From Chiloscyllium plagiosum (lineage: Eukaryota), in assembly GCF_004010195.1 (NCBI RefSeq), contig NC_057744.1, positions 10,791,733-10,855,732 of the forward strand: 64,000 nt of DNA, given 5' to 3'. Position 1 is the stretch's first letter. Each line of letters opens with the position of its first letter. Shown in pieces: positions 38,735 to 50,064 of the stretch. The position numbers and the translations under genes are program-made. Under the pieces are notes generated by a model. The model saw only the letters and a list, made by a program, of their open reading frames with translations, was not told the origin of the DNA and did not search any database.

Positions 38735-38893
38735 CTGTTAATCTTTTCAACAAGTTCCTCAGGGATATGGCAGAACAAGCGCTCACTCCCAATAATGGTT
38801 TCCATGACAACTGGCTTCATCTCGCTGAAGGGGAGGCTTCTCGTGAACACGTGAGTCAGAGCTTGGTCAACATGGAAAGGCTTATCTTGACTC
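38735..38893 (-). CDS. FDXACB1: FDXACB1 coding exon 4 (SQDKPFHVDQALTHVFTRSLPF...EELVEKINR)
   Basis: RSQDK.FHV...HVFTRSLPF motif in ORF 38584..38916. 159 nt, CAG acceptor, GTGGAG donor. Confidence 0.92.
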
Positions 38894-39029
38894 CTGGAAT
38901 ATATTTTAAAAATCAATTTAACACCTTCAATAAAGGAAAGAGTGTAATCGAAGCAATTTGAGAAATTTGCACCTGAATGGGAACTTCAAAGACAACACTT
39001 TGGCAGCACAGCAGGAAATTGGTGAGATT

Positions 39030-40600
39030 TTGATTCATTCACAGGATGTGATTGGTGCTGGCTGAGCCAGTATTTATTACCCATCCTGAATTGCCCACTG
39101 CAGTCAGTGAGATGTAGGTACATCCACAGTGCAGTTAGGAAGGGAGTTCCAGCATTTTGATCCAGTGAAAGAGAGAGAACGGCGATTATATTTACAAGTA
39201 AGGATGGTGTGTGGCTTGGAGAGGAACTTACATTTGGTGACACTCCCATGCACCTGCTGCCCTTGTTCTTCGAGGTGATAGAGGTCCAATTTATGGAAGA
39301 AGCCTTTGTGTTTTGCTATAGTGCATCTTGTAGATTATGAACACTGCCGCTAGTGTGAATTGGTAGTGGAGAGAATAACTGCTGAAGGTGTTAGTTAGAG
39401 TTCCAGTCAATTGGGCTGCTTTATCCTAGATGGTTGGACTCTCTCGTTGGAGAGGGTCATAGAGTCATGGAAATATACAGCACGGAAACAGACCCTTCAG
39501 TCCAACTAGTCCATGCTGACCAGATATCCCAACCTAATCTAGTCCCATTTGCCAACACTTGGCCCATATCCCCCTAAACCCTTCCTGTTCATTTACCCAC
39601 CAAATGCTTTTTAAATGCTGTAATTATACCAGTGTTCATCACTTCCTCTGGCAGCTCATTCCATAAATGCACCACCCTCTGTGTCAAAAGTTGCCCCTTA
39701 GGTCCCTTTTATATCTCTTATTTCCTCTCCCCCCCACACTAAACATATGCCCTCTAGTTCTGGGTTCCCCACCCCAGGGAAAAGATCTTGTCTATTTACT
39801 GTATCCAGGGTCATTCCAGGGACTTACTAGTGAGGCATGAATATTACCTGCTTTTATCAACTCAAGCCTAAATCCTGTTCGGGTCTTGCTACATTTGAAT
39901 ATGGACTTCTTCAGTATCTGAGGAGTTGGGAATGGCACTGAACAATGTATAGTCATTAGCAAACATTCCCACTTCTGACCTGATGATAAAGGGAAGGCCA
40001 TTGATAAAGAAGCTGAAGATTGTGGGCCTAGGACTCTAATCTGAAGAACTCCCCACTATTGACTGTTGTGGTATTGTCCCTACATCTGGACCAGAAGGTC
40101 TGAATTCAAGTCCCACCTGCTCCAAAAGTGTGTAATAACATGTCTGAAGTTGGTAGGTTCAAAGTACCTACCATGTGGAACTCCTGCAGAGATGTCCTAG
40201 GGCTGAGACGACTAACCTCAAACAACCACAAACATCCTCCTTTTTGTGCTATATATGACTCTAATCAGCAGAGAATATCTCCCAATTCCCATTGACTCCA
40301 GTTTCAGTTGAAGTCCTCGATGCCACACTTGATCAAAAGCTGACTTGATGTTGAGAGCAGTCACCCTCACTACCCCTCTCAAGTGCACCTCATTTGTCCA
40401 TGTTTGGGCCAAAAACCTAATGAATTAGGATCGAAGTGGGCCTACAGGAACCCAGACTGGTTAGTGATCAGATTATTGTTGAGTAAGTGCCACTGGATAG
40501 CACTGTAAATGACCCCTTTCATCACTGCTGCTGATTGTTTTATTACTCTGTTCTCAATGATTGGTCAGGTCAGATTTGTCCTACTTTTTGTGAACAGGAT
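39030..40600 (-). mobile_element. Decayed L2-like (CR1-group) LINE with a CR1 tail (about 39455-39800) and a short SINE (about 40065-40155) nested
   Basis: RT remnant VRVTALNIKSAFDQVWHRGL (40218..40412). 3' tail shared with the SINE family at 36250-36620. Confidence 0.7.
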
Positions 40601-40760
40601 GTATTTCATTAATGTATTAAAATGAACAACATTTTCTGAAGATGTCTGCTCCAGGACCTATACTTCATTTTCCAGACATCAGGAGGAAAGGAAAATGGCA
40701 TGCAGATCCAACTACATGAAAAATATGTTGCGAATTGCATGAATCCTGCTAGTAACCTAC

Positions 40761-40964
40761 CTATATCCAGTGCTGGTGTAGCCATAATACTGTGAGCAGT
40801 CAAACATCTGCACTTTACTTAAAATGAACCCAGCTCTTGCAGCCATAGCAACGATTTGCCAGCTGTTATGCCATGCTCTCATTGGCTGATCAGCAGCAGT
40901 CCCTCCCTGTCCCTTACACAGGGTAACATGAACATCACCTTTGGCAGTCAGAACATCGGCGCAA
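40761..40964 (-). CDS. FDXACB1: FDXACB1 coding exon 3 (CADVLTAKGDVHVTLCKGQGGTAADQPMRAWHNSWQIVAMAA...GYTSTGY)
   Basis: Hand-translated. GQGGT and WHNSWQ motifs. 204 nt, AG/GTAGGT boundaries. Confidence 0.95.
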
Positions 40965-41148
40965 CTGAAAAGAAAGCCACAATGGCATTATTCCTGTTAT
41001 CAGCAGAGTGAATAATATTAAGCTGAGGATGGTGCAAAGAAGCAGGAAGCTAAATGTCCACAGCTCCCGCTGAACTACTTTGCAGCCAGTGAAACACTGA
41101 GTACAGAAGTGGACATTGTCAACTTCCACACGTAATTTCAGAACTCAC

Positions 41149-41305
41149 CTCAGAAAAAAATTAGCCAGCAGCTCTCTGTTCTTCTTCACGCCAGCCTTTC
41201 TGCCACAGTGCGGGAAATTGAAGATAATCCTGTCAAACTGCCTACTTTTCAAGCAGGGACATTCCTGGAGCTTGGTGCAATCCACTTGAAAGTAGACTTC
41301 TGCTC
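41149..41305 (-). CDS. FDXACB1: FDXACB1 coding exon 2 (AEVYFQVDCTKL...FDRIIFNFPHCGRKAGVKKNRELLANFFL)
   Basis: Hand-translated. VDCT and FNFPHCG motifs. 157 nt, AG/GTGAGT boundaries. Confidence 0.95.
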
Positions 41306-42009
41306 CTGAAGGACAATAGCCAAGGATTAAGAAGCTATTGCTAATAATTTCCGTATGGTATGTGGCAGATTTAGAGCATCACAAAAAGCAGTTTCATCAC
41401 TATCCAAATTGGAAACGATATGTTTGCCCAGAACATATCATTAAAGTACAAAACTGAACATCACAAATATGCCATTTTATACAGCAGCCAGCTCTAAGTT
41501 TACAACCTATAAGTATATTAAATTAGCAGAACAGTCAGGTGACAGTCACTGTTCTGGCCTTGCATGCCACCTCTGGTAGGATGTTCCAATATGAGATGTG
41601 CTCCCACTTGTCACAGGTTCCCAGCAACAGCTGTAACTTCAGCTACAGAGCCAACATGTAGTTCACCACAAGTAACTCAGAGATACTTCAAAAACGTTCT
41701 AAAATCTTTTTACTTTTTTTACTTACTCAATGTAACATGCTGGAATTTGAAGTTTAAATAATGACAAACACTGATCTGTTTGTTATGTTTAAATGAATGG
41801 CACTAAAACTACTATTTTAAACTCAACAATGTCCTATTTCCGCAACTGTCAGCAGAAATGTCCAAGCATTTTGATTGTCCCTGTGTTGGTATGTGTTTCA
41901 GTGATGAAATAAAGATCAAATCCTTCTTGAGACTCACTTAACCACTAGGTTGTCTGAGAATTAGAGCAATGTTAGATGGTCCACCAACCAAACTACAATA
42001 TCCATATTT

Positions 42010-42460
42010 TTAACCAACCTTGTCAGACATGTTATTACACATGTCTCGGGTAGCTGAGACTTGAACCTGGGCTTCCTAGCCCAGACAATATGGACACTAC
42101 CACTTCATCACCAGAGCACCAACCTGCATTTTTTAAAAAAAAATTAACTTTTTTTTTCTAATCAACTTATTCAGAGATGTTATTTCACATCTCTGGAGCA
42201 GGTGGGACTTGAACCTGGGCATCACGGTCCAGGGCCCAGGATAGGGACACTACCACTGTACCACAAGTGCCCCAACCTGCAATGTATTCTGCTGGTGAAT
42301 GAAAGGAGGCATCTGTGAGTGAATCAATTTAAGTAGGAAAACGTATGAGCCCATTTAGTCTGGTGGAATTATACAGTGGTAATATCCCTAACTTTTGAGC
42401 AAGGAGGGCTGTAGGTTCATGTCTCACCTGCTCCAAATGGGTGTGCTAAAATCTCAGATA
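42010..42460. mobile_element. Cluster of short tRNA-derived SINEs: two tandem minus copies and one inverted plus copy
   Basis: Repeated acttgaacctggg...gacactaccact...caacctgca with A/B-box-like motifs. Another copy at about 59910-60015. Confidence 0.6.
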
Positions 42461-43358
42461 TGAATGTGACAAAAATGACAGATCTAAATGAAGGCATCAC
42501 AATAAAACTCAAGGTACATAGAATTCTCAATCCATCAGCTAAAAACCGAACATCTCTTTTACAATCAGATTACGTAAGGTCTTTAAGCTTCATTGGTACA
42601 AATATCAAAAACATTCAAATCAAACTGGCCATTGTTTACAACAAGTCTCAATTCTCTGTATGTGGAACACAGCAGAGAAACAGTCAGTAGTGACAGAAAA
42701 TGCTGCAAATACTCACCAGGCCGAGCAGTGGAGAGAGAAAAAGAGTTAACATTTCAGATTAATGACCTTTCATCAGAACATTCAAACTGTAACACGTTCT
42801 AACCAAATACAGAGGTATGGTTGCAAAAGAATGAAAATGATGATAGCAAGAAAGTGTGGTATTAGAAAAAAAAAAGAAATGGATGGAGAGGTGGTGCTAG
42901 TTACCCCACCAGAATCAATTACAATAGCTTCTGGGCAGTTTCAAAGCTGACATTATTATCGATTTGAATTGGAAATTAGTTCTTTAAGAACTAGTATGGA
43001 AGTACGAAGTATTCACTTCCTACTCTTCTGTAGATCCAAAATGAATAACTATCGCTATATTACTTTCCACTTAAGCATCTCTTCTTGTGAAAATTAATTT
43101 GGATGAGAGATGCTACCAAACATTAACCAGTCTCTGAATCTGAAGAAGGGTCATATAGGACTCTAAACATTAAACATGTTTCTCTCTCCTCAAACACTGC
43201 CAGATCTGCTGAGTTTCTCCAGCACTTTGGAGAAAAAGAATTGGTTGATATAAAAACAAAGTTGTTACGCGCTTCAATTTTTGTTTCAAATTTAAATTTT
43301 TCTTCTATCATACTGCGATCAAAATGACCCCTCTTACCCGTCAGTATTGCCTACTCAC

Positions 43359-43533
43359 CTTTCTCTAACAGTTTGGCAATATTTTTGGTTGTATTTTCAT
43401 GCTTCGATATTTCCTTTTCACTTTCATAGCAGGTTGCAATGATTTGAGTGCCTCTGTCCACACATTCACACAACGCAGAAGCAAAGGAGAAGTTCCCCTC
43501 GGCTACAAGCAAGGTGCTACCTTCTTGTCTCAT
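43359..43533 (-). CDS. FDXACB1: FDXACB1 coding exon 1 (MRQEGSTLLVAEGNFSFASAL..., Bmt5/DUF2431-like methyltransferase domain)
   Basis: LLV.EGNFSFA motif. ATG at 43533, with a TCTCCTCAG acceptor 12 nt upstream implying a 5' UTR exon. 175 nt, GTGAGT donor. Confidence 0.9.
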
Positions 43534-44264
43534 TTTGTGAAAAAGCTGAGGAGACAATGAACAGTAAACTTTTCAAAAGCCTTCTGTAATAAATTAAAAG
43601 CCTTACAAATTCAAACCTGTCTGTCCATCATTAATCAGCCTCCCAAGTTGTAATGGAATCTTTACTTCCCATTCATATCTTTCAGCGGCATTTGGTTTTC
43701 AAATCCCCCTACCATCTTTCCAAATTCTCTCAGAATTTTCGTGAGCCTCCCAACCCTGCGCTTCCCTGAAACTCAAAAACTCCTGATTCAATTGCTCTAC
43801 TACTGGTTGTCCCAGTCACCACGCAGACAGGTCTGTGCACAGCTGCTATGGCCACAAAACGTAAATCATTATGACCTGACACCAATCCGAGTGCACAGAC
43901 CCTCAGAGCAGTTGCACAGCTGCCCACCTTTGAGGGAATGTTGCTGTTTGATGTAGCTTTAGCTGCTGAGGCCCTACACTGCAGAATTCCCTTCCGAAAT
44001 CTCTCCAAGCTCTCTTACCCCCACCAAGGTACTCCTTAAAAGGTGCCTTTTTGACACAAGTTTTGGGCACTGCCCCTAATATCTCATTCTATGGCCAGTT
44101 TGCACTACATCTGCACATTATTGCCAATGATCAATAGGTCAAGAATGCAATTGTTCAGTCTTTTGAAGATCCAAGGAACAAACCTAAGACCCTAAGTAAA
44201 AGTCATCTTTGAATGATGGGGCAGTCAACAATGATAAAGTGCCTTCATACGTTTCAAGACTTTA

Positions 44265-45020
44265 TGAGCCAAAGTAGGCCCTTCAGCCAATTGAGTTTGT
44301 TCTGTTATTTAATGACATCAAAGCTGGTCTGATAATTCTCAACCTTTTCCCCATAATCCTGGATTCCCCATTGATTAAAAATCTGTCTATCACAACCATG
44401 AAAAGACTTAATGACCCAGCCTTCACAGCCCTCTGCAGTAAAGAATTCCACTGATTTCCCATCCTCTGAGACAAGAAATTTCTCCTTGTTTTTCATAAAT
44501 GGATAACCCTTTACTCTGACATTATGCCCTCTGGTCCTAGACTCTCCCACAAGGGGAAACAACCTCTCTGATTCTATCCTGTCAAATAGAGTCATAGAGA
44601 TGTACAGCATGGAAACAGACCCTTCGGTCCAACCTGTCCATGCTGACCAGATATCCCAACCCAATCTAGTCCCACCTGCCAGCACTTGGTCCATATCCCC
44701 CCAAACCCTTACTATTCATATATCCATCCAAATGCCTCTTAAATGTTGCAATTGTACCAGCCTCCACCACTTCCTCTGGCAGCTCATTCCACACACGTAC
44801 CACCCTCCTTGCCTTTCCAAATACATGTACATCCTGTCCCTCAGTATTCCCTCCAATTCTCCTAAGAGTCTTGTATGTTTCAATAGGTTACCTCTGTTTC
44901 TTTTAAACTCCACTGAATACAGGACCAACCTACTCAACATCTTCAAAGACAGTCCCCTACAATCGACCTATTGACCCTTCTCTGGACGGCATGCAAAGCC
45001 AATATGTATTTTCTTAACCA
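44265..45020 (-). mobile_element. CR1 3' fragments, nested
   Basis: ORFs 44283..44474, 44305..44694 and 44716..44946 carry CR1 C-terminal motifs. Confidence 0.8.
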
Positions 45021-45539
45021 AGGGGATACAGTGAACCGGCTATAAGATCCTAGCTGTTTCATGGGGTGGCACAGTGGCTCTAGCACTGCTGCCTCACAAC
45101 ATCACGGTCCTCGGTTCAATCCTAGCGTTGGGTGACTGTGTTGAATTTGCACATGTCCCCTTGTCTGTGTGGGTCCCCTCCGGGTGCTTCCGTTTGGTCT
45201 CACACTCCAAAGATGTGCAGGCTAAGTGGGTTAGCCATGGAAATTCAGGCTCACAGGGATGGGGTCTGGGTGGGATACTCTTCGGAGGGTTGGCGTGGAC
45301 TGGACGGGCTGAATGGCCTGCTTCCACGCTGTAAGGGATTCTATGACTTACTGTGTAAATGGCACTGCTGAAATGAAGGCTGTTGTTGCACAGTACGGCC
45401 GTCAGGCTGGTTAGTGTTGCACATTTCCCAATGCCAGGGCAGCTTGGAGCTCACTCAGATCAGCGGGTGCAACAAAGGTTTCTCATGAAAAAACTGCATC
45501 CTCTGCCTTGCCTCAAATGATTGCCCTGTTTTGTGCAGT

Positions 45540-45870
45540 ATGCTGCTTCTGCAAATCCCATCCCGGGCTCCGCACAGCTCCGGAGAATTGCACTTCCCCC
45601 TCCCCGGCCCAGCGGCCTGCCCGCTCTCCTCAACCCACCCAGAGCGGGGCGGATGCAGCTTTCAATGCAGCTCCCAGGCCCGCAGCTTCCGCGCTACCAG
45701 CGAGAGACAGCCCCAAGCCCAATGCGGGAGCGCTCAGTCCCCAGGATAGCTCTGGGAACCCAGCTCCTGCCCGACTCGCTGCCACCGACCTGCTCGCTGC
45801 AAACACAGCGACAGCGGCCTGGTGTGGTGAAGCTACTAAAGAACAAATGCTAAACACACCGCCTTTCTTC
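45540..45870. promoter_or_regulatory. GC/CpG-rich island, probable FDXACB1 promoter and non-coding first exon
   Basis: GC-rich patch about 2 kb upstream of FDXACB1 coding exon 1, which starts with a splice acceptor. Candidate minus-strand donors at about 45351 (GTAAGT) and 45454 (GTGAGC). Confidence 0.55.
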
Positions 45871-45994
45871 CCTTTCTGTCATTTTAAACCAGTTTAATCA
45901 TATATTTCTTTCCTTTAACACTTCCATCCTGCATGCTAATTATCAATTCTATCATTTCAAGCTCTTGTTAACACCCGGGTCTGGTTAGAATTTT

Positions 45995-46420
45995 AGGGGA
46001 GGGTCTAGGTGGGGATGAGGGAAGGATCCGAGAGGATCTGGAAGGAGATTAGGGGAAGATCTGGATGGGGATGAGGAGAGAGTCTGGATGGGGATGAGGG
46101 GAGGGTCTGGATGGGGATGAGGGGAGGGTCTGGATGGAGATGAGGAGAGAATCTGGATGGAGATGAGGAGAGAGTCTGGATGGAGATGAGGAGAGAGTCT
46201 GGATGGGAATGAGGAGAGAGTCTGGATGGAGATATGGGGAGAGTCTGGATGGAGATGAGGGGAGGATCTGGATGGCGATGAGGAGAGAGTCTGAATGGGG
46301 ATGAGTTGAGAGTCTGGATGGAGATCAGGGGAGGGTCTAGATGTGGATCAGGCAGGATCTGGATGGGGATCAGGAGGGGGGGGTCACAATGGAGATTGTG
46401 GGAGGATCTGGATGGAGATT
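45995..46420 (+). repeat. 23-bp G/A-rich minisatellite (TCTGGATGG[G/A]GATGAGG[G/A]GAG[A/G]G), about 18 copies
   Basis: TCTGG recurs at 46083, 46106, 46129 and onward (period 23). Edges are degenerate. Confidence 0.92.
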
Positions 46421-46429
46421 AGGGTCTTT

Positions 46430-47870
46430 CCCATGCATCCTATTCAAAAAAGGAGGGAAGGAGAAAGCAGGAAACGACAGACCAATCAGTTTAATATCTG
46501 TCATTGGGAAATTGTTAGAATCCATTAAGGAAGTAAGAACAGGACATTTGGAAAGTCCATCAGAGTCAGCATGGTTTATGAGCAGTAATCATATATGACT
46601 AATTTGCTAGAGTTATTCAAAGATGTAACAAACAAAGTGGATAGTGTGGATCCTATAGATGTAGTATATTTAAAGGTATTTGATAAGGTGCTGCCCAAAA
46701 GGTTAATGCACAAAGTAAGATCACTTGGGGTTAGCGGTAATTTATTAGCTTGGTTAGAGGATTGGCTAACCTTCAGAAAGCAGAAAATTGTGATAAATGG
46801 CACTTTCTCTGGTTGGCAAGATGCAACTAGTGGGGTGCCACAGGATTCAGGCCTTGGGCTCAACTAGTCACAATCTGTGTTAATGACTTGGATTAAGGCA
46901 TAGAAAGTACTGTAACCAAATGTGCAGATGACACTAAATTAGGTGGGAAAGGAAGTTGCAATAAAGAAATTAAAAATGTACAATTGGAAAAGGATAAGGT
47001 CGGTGAATGGGCCAAAATTTAGCAGATGGGGTTTGACATGAATAATTATAAGGTTACCCATTTTGGTCGGAAGAATAAAAAGACAACTTTTTTTTAATCT
47101 AAATGGAGAGAAACTTCAGTGCACTTTGGTGCAGAGGGAACTAAGTGTCCTCACCAAGAATTGCAGCAGTCCAGTATGCAGGTTCAGCAGGTACTAAGGA
47201 AGGCAAATGGAAATTTGGCATTCATTGCTAAAGGAATAGAGTGTAGGGAAGAGCAATATAGGAAAACATTGCCACAACTTGAATACTCTGAATTGCTGCA
47301 ACTGTACAAGGCGTTAATGAGACCACACCTTGCATGCAGTTTTGGTCCCCTTGCTTGAGGAAGGATGTAGTTGCACTGAGTGCAGTTTAAAGGAGGTTGA
47401 CTAGATTGATTCCAGTGGTGAGAGTTTTGTCTTATGAAGAGAAATTAAGCAATTTAAGCCAATACTCTCTGGAGTTTAGAACAATGAGAGGAGATCTAAT
47501 TGAGGGATATAAGATGCTAAAGGGGATTGACAAAGTAAACATAGAAAGGATGTGTCCTCTTGTGGAGCAATCTAAAATAAGAGGTTTTAGTTTTAGGATA
47601 AGCGGTAGCAAGCATAAAACAGAAGAGGAGAAATCACTTCTCTCGAAGGGTCATGAATCTGTGAAAGTCACTACCCCAGAGGGTGGGGAGTGCCAGGACG
47701 TTGAGTAAATTTAAGAAGGAGATAAACAGATCTTTAGTTACTAACAGGATAGAGGGTTATGCAGGGTGGGCAGGAAAATGGAGCTGAGACCAAAATGAGA
47801 TCAGCCATGTTCATATTGAATGGCAGATCAGGCTTGAGGGGGCAGAATTGTCTACTCCTGCTTCTTATGC
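46430..47870 (+). mobile_element. Decayed CR1 LINE RT to 3' end
   Basis: ORFs with RPISLISVIGKLLES, TNLLELF, SGVPQ and RGDLIE motifs. Confidence 0.88.
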
Positions 47871-49034
47871 TCAATCGTACTGCACAGTTCAATTTTCTCA
47901 GCATGAAATCTCTGATCAAATCAAAGTACTATTCACAACAACTGGACAAAAGCCTGGATGCTGCTTTGGGATGAGTATGTCTGACAAATCCTTGCTCTAA
48001 TGTCAGAGTTTGTTTTGAGTAAGCTCACAGAGATTCACACCGAATACAGCTTGCTGTTTAAGCTAATAGACATGTCAAGAGCATTTGCTAGTGTAATACG
48101 TAAACTAGTTTCTACTAAATTTAATGCTTGTGACAGTTCTCTTACCTGAAACTTATAGAAACATGCAGTACAAAATGAAGCCTTTCTGCCCCCGTGCCTG
48201 AGTTGGCTGTCTTAAACAGCTATTGTGCTTTCCCTCACCTCCTGATTTTCCTCTGTAATCCTGTCATTTCCTTAACTGATGTAGCCATCTAACTCCCTTT
48301 CAAAATTGGTATTGAAACAGCTTCTATCCCCTTTCCAGGTGGTGATTTTTAGATTGCATCAACTCTCTGGAAACTTTCTAAACCCTTTGCAACTCTCCTG
48401 AAGTGTGATGATCACAATTGTCCAAAATACTCCAGCTGAAGCCTGAACTATGTTTCATAACATTTCAGCATAATTTCTTTGCTTTAATATTCTATGTTTT
48501 TATTTATACAAACTTTATCGATGTTTGAATTGTTTAATTTAGTTCATAATTTTACAGGAAAAATGTTGCGTTACAGCTCACACTGATAGGACAAGGGAAT
48601 TCTTTTCATTCTCAAAGTCTCAATGACAAATTTTGAAGTCGGATTTACTGAGCACAGCAAAAGCAAAAAAAAAAGCTGCATATGCTGGAAATTAAAAATA
48701 AAAACAAAAGTACTGGTAGCATATTAGGCAGCATCTGTGGATAGAAGAATATTTTAAGATTAACCCTCTTTATTGGCCCACAGAGACTGCCTGACCTGCT
48801 GAGTATTGCAGCATTTTCTGTCTTCATGATAACTGAAAGTAGGGTAACGGTCCTTTTATGTTTCTACAACTATCAGTATAATAGTAAATCACAGAATGAA
48901 TCAACGTGTGTTGTAAATTGGATGATCCAGCTGAAAGGAGACTTTGTTTATGGTGTTGTGGAGTCCATAGATCATGTTTATAGGGTTATGGGTGGTTTCA
49001 CCCCCTTTTCAATTATTTGAAACATCCTTTGTTA

Positions 49035-49345
49035 TGCTTTTGATTGCACTTCAGCCCCATGCTCCTGATTTTTAGGAACTCACTGCAGAGGGGAGTGGGC
49101 AAGTCAGAAGACCAACGTATGTTCCTGCTCCTGGGCTCGGTCATGGTGTCCATTAAGGAGAACATGGAGGGGGTCATAGTTGCTGACTGCCTGCCCTTCT
49201 TCCATGGCCAAGTTCATCCCCAGACGTCCTTGGAGCGAGAACAGATAGTATCCACCAACACTCTTGATGCTTTTATACAAGGTGGGCACCAGGTTGGGGT
49301 GCGGTGAAGTGCATTATGTCCCCTTCCAACTCCATTTTGATTTAG
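49035..49345 (+). mobile_element. Tx1-like (L1 clade) LINE 3' fragment
   Basis: LHFSPMLLIF motif. Homologous to 52760-53060. Confidence 0.6.
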
Positions 49346-49678
49346 TCTCGTCCTTCTCTCCCTACTTCTCCTTCACCTTTGGTGTCATTGCAATGCCCCA
49401 GTGGGCTTTGCATGTAAATTGATTAATAATTAGAAACACAGGTGACTTAGTGGTGGTCAATAACAGTGGAAATTAACATGGGTTAGCATGTTTTCTTACT
49501 ATCAACAAATTAATGTGTTGATGGGAATAAAAAGTTCCATTGGGCATGAAAGCACTTCTGAATGTAAACAAAAAGGAGACTTTGTGTCCACAATTGGAGT
49601 TTCAGTGTGTGACTTGCTTTGCTGGCTCTGTGATGTAATTAACAATGGAATTCGGCATCAGGGCAGTCACTAAGTCCC

Positions 49679-49692
49679 ATTACCAGGGCAAC
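49679..49692. promoter_or_regulatory. Candidate RFX X-box (ATTACC-AG-GGCAAC) about 90 nt upstream of the CFAP68 ATG
   Basis: Fits RYYRYY-N2-RRNRAC with a perfect GGCAAC half-site. A forkhead motif TGTAAACA lies at 49563-49570. Confidence 0.5.
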
Positions 49693-49780
49693 CAACACCT
49701 CACACATTGTTGCTCAGGTTAGTTGCAGAGATCTCACTCAGAGAGTTGCTGTGTCCAGATTACAGTCCTCACACTTCATT

Positions 49781-49978
49781 ATGGCAGCTGATGACCAATT
49801 TTTCTCAGAGGAAGACACATGTCCAATAAACCACGGTCCATTGGAACGTTTCGATTCAGGTAACGAGTATAACCCCGATGGAGATAACCGGTATTCTCCA
49901 CAAACTCTCATAGGAAAATGGTTCGAAGAGAGGATTGGGATAAATGAAATTAGGAAACTGAAGCCTTTGACATCACAG
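49781..49978 (+). CDS. CFAP68: CFAP68/C11orf1 (ciliary microtubule inner protein) coding exon 1 (MAADDQFF...RYSPQTLIGKWFEERIGINEIRKLKPLTSQ)
   Basis: YS..TL.G.W..ER...KPL.SQ resembles C11orf1. ATG in ATTATGG context, CAG|GTAATT donor. Syntenic position between FDXACB1 and CRYAB. Confidence 0.8.
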
Positions 49979-50064
49979 GTAATTAATTTTTTTTAACCTG
50001 GCTTCCTTCCTGGTTGGAGACATATTTGTATTGGTTTGATCTGTCATTACTGATACAAATCTTA

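Noticed and set aside
43135-43175. Additional hammerhead (CUGAAGA-A-GGGUC...GACUC)
   Set aside because: The GAAA box is mutated to UAAA, so it is presumably inactive. It is counted only as a Penelope remnant.
45065-45135. tRNA-like sequence with A/B boxes
   Set aside because: It is the head of an HE1/V-SINE and does not form a full cloverleaf.
45508-45897. Ala/Pro-rich ORFs of 72-129 aa
   Set aside because: CpG-island artefacts with no recognisable homology or exon chain.
45995-46420. Regularly spaced repeats as a possible CRISPR array
   Set aside because: Head-to-tail minisatellite without unique spacers, in eukaryotic DNA with no cas genes.
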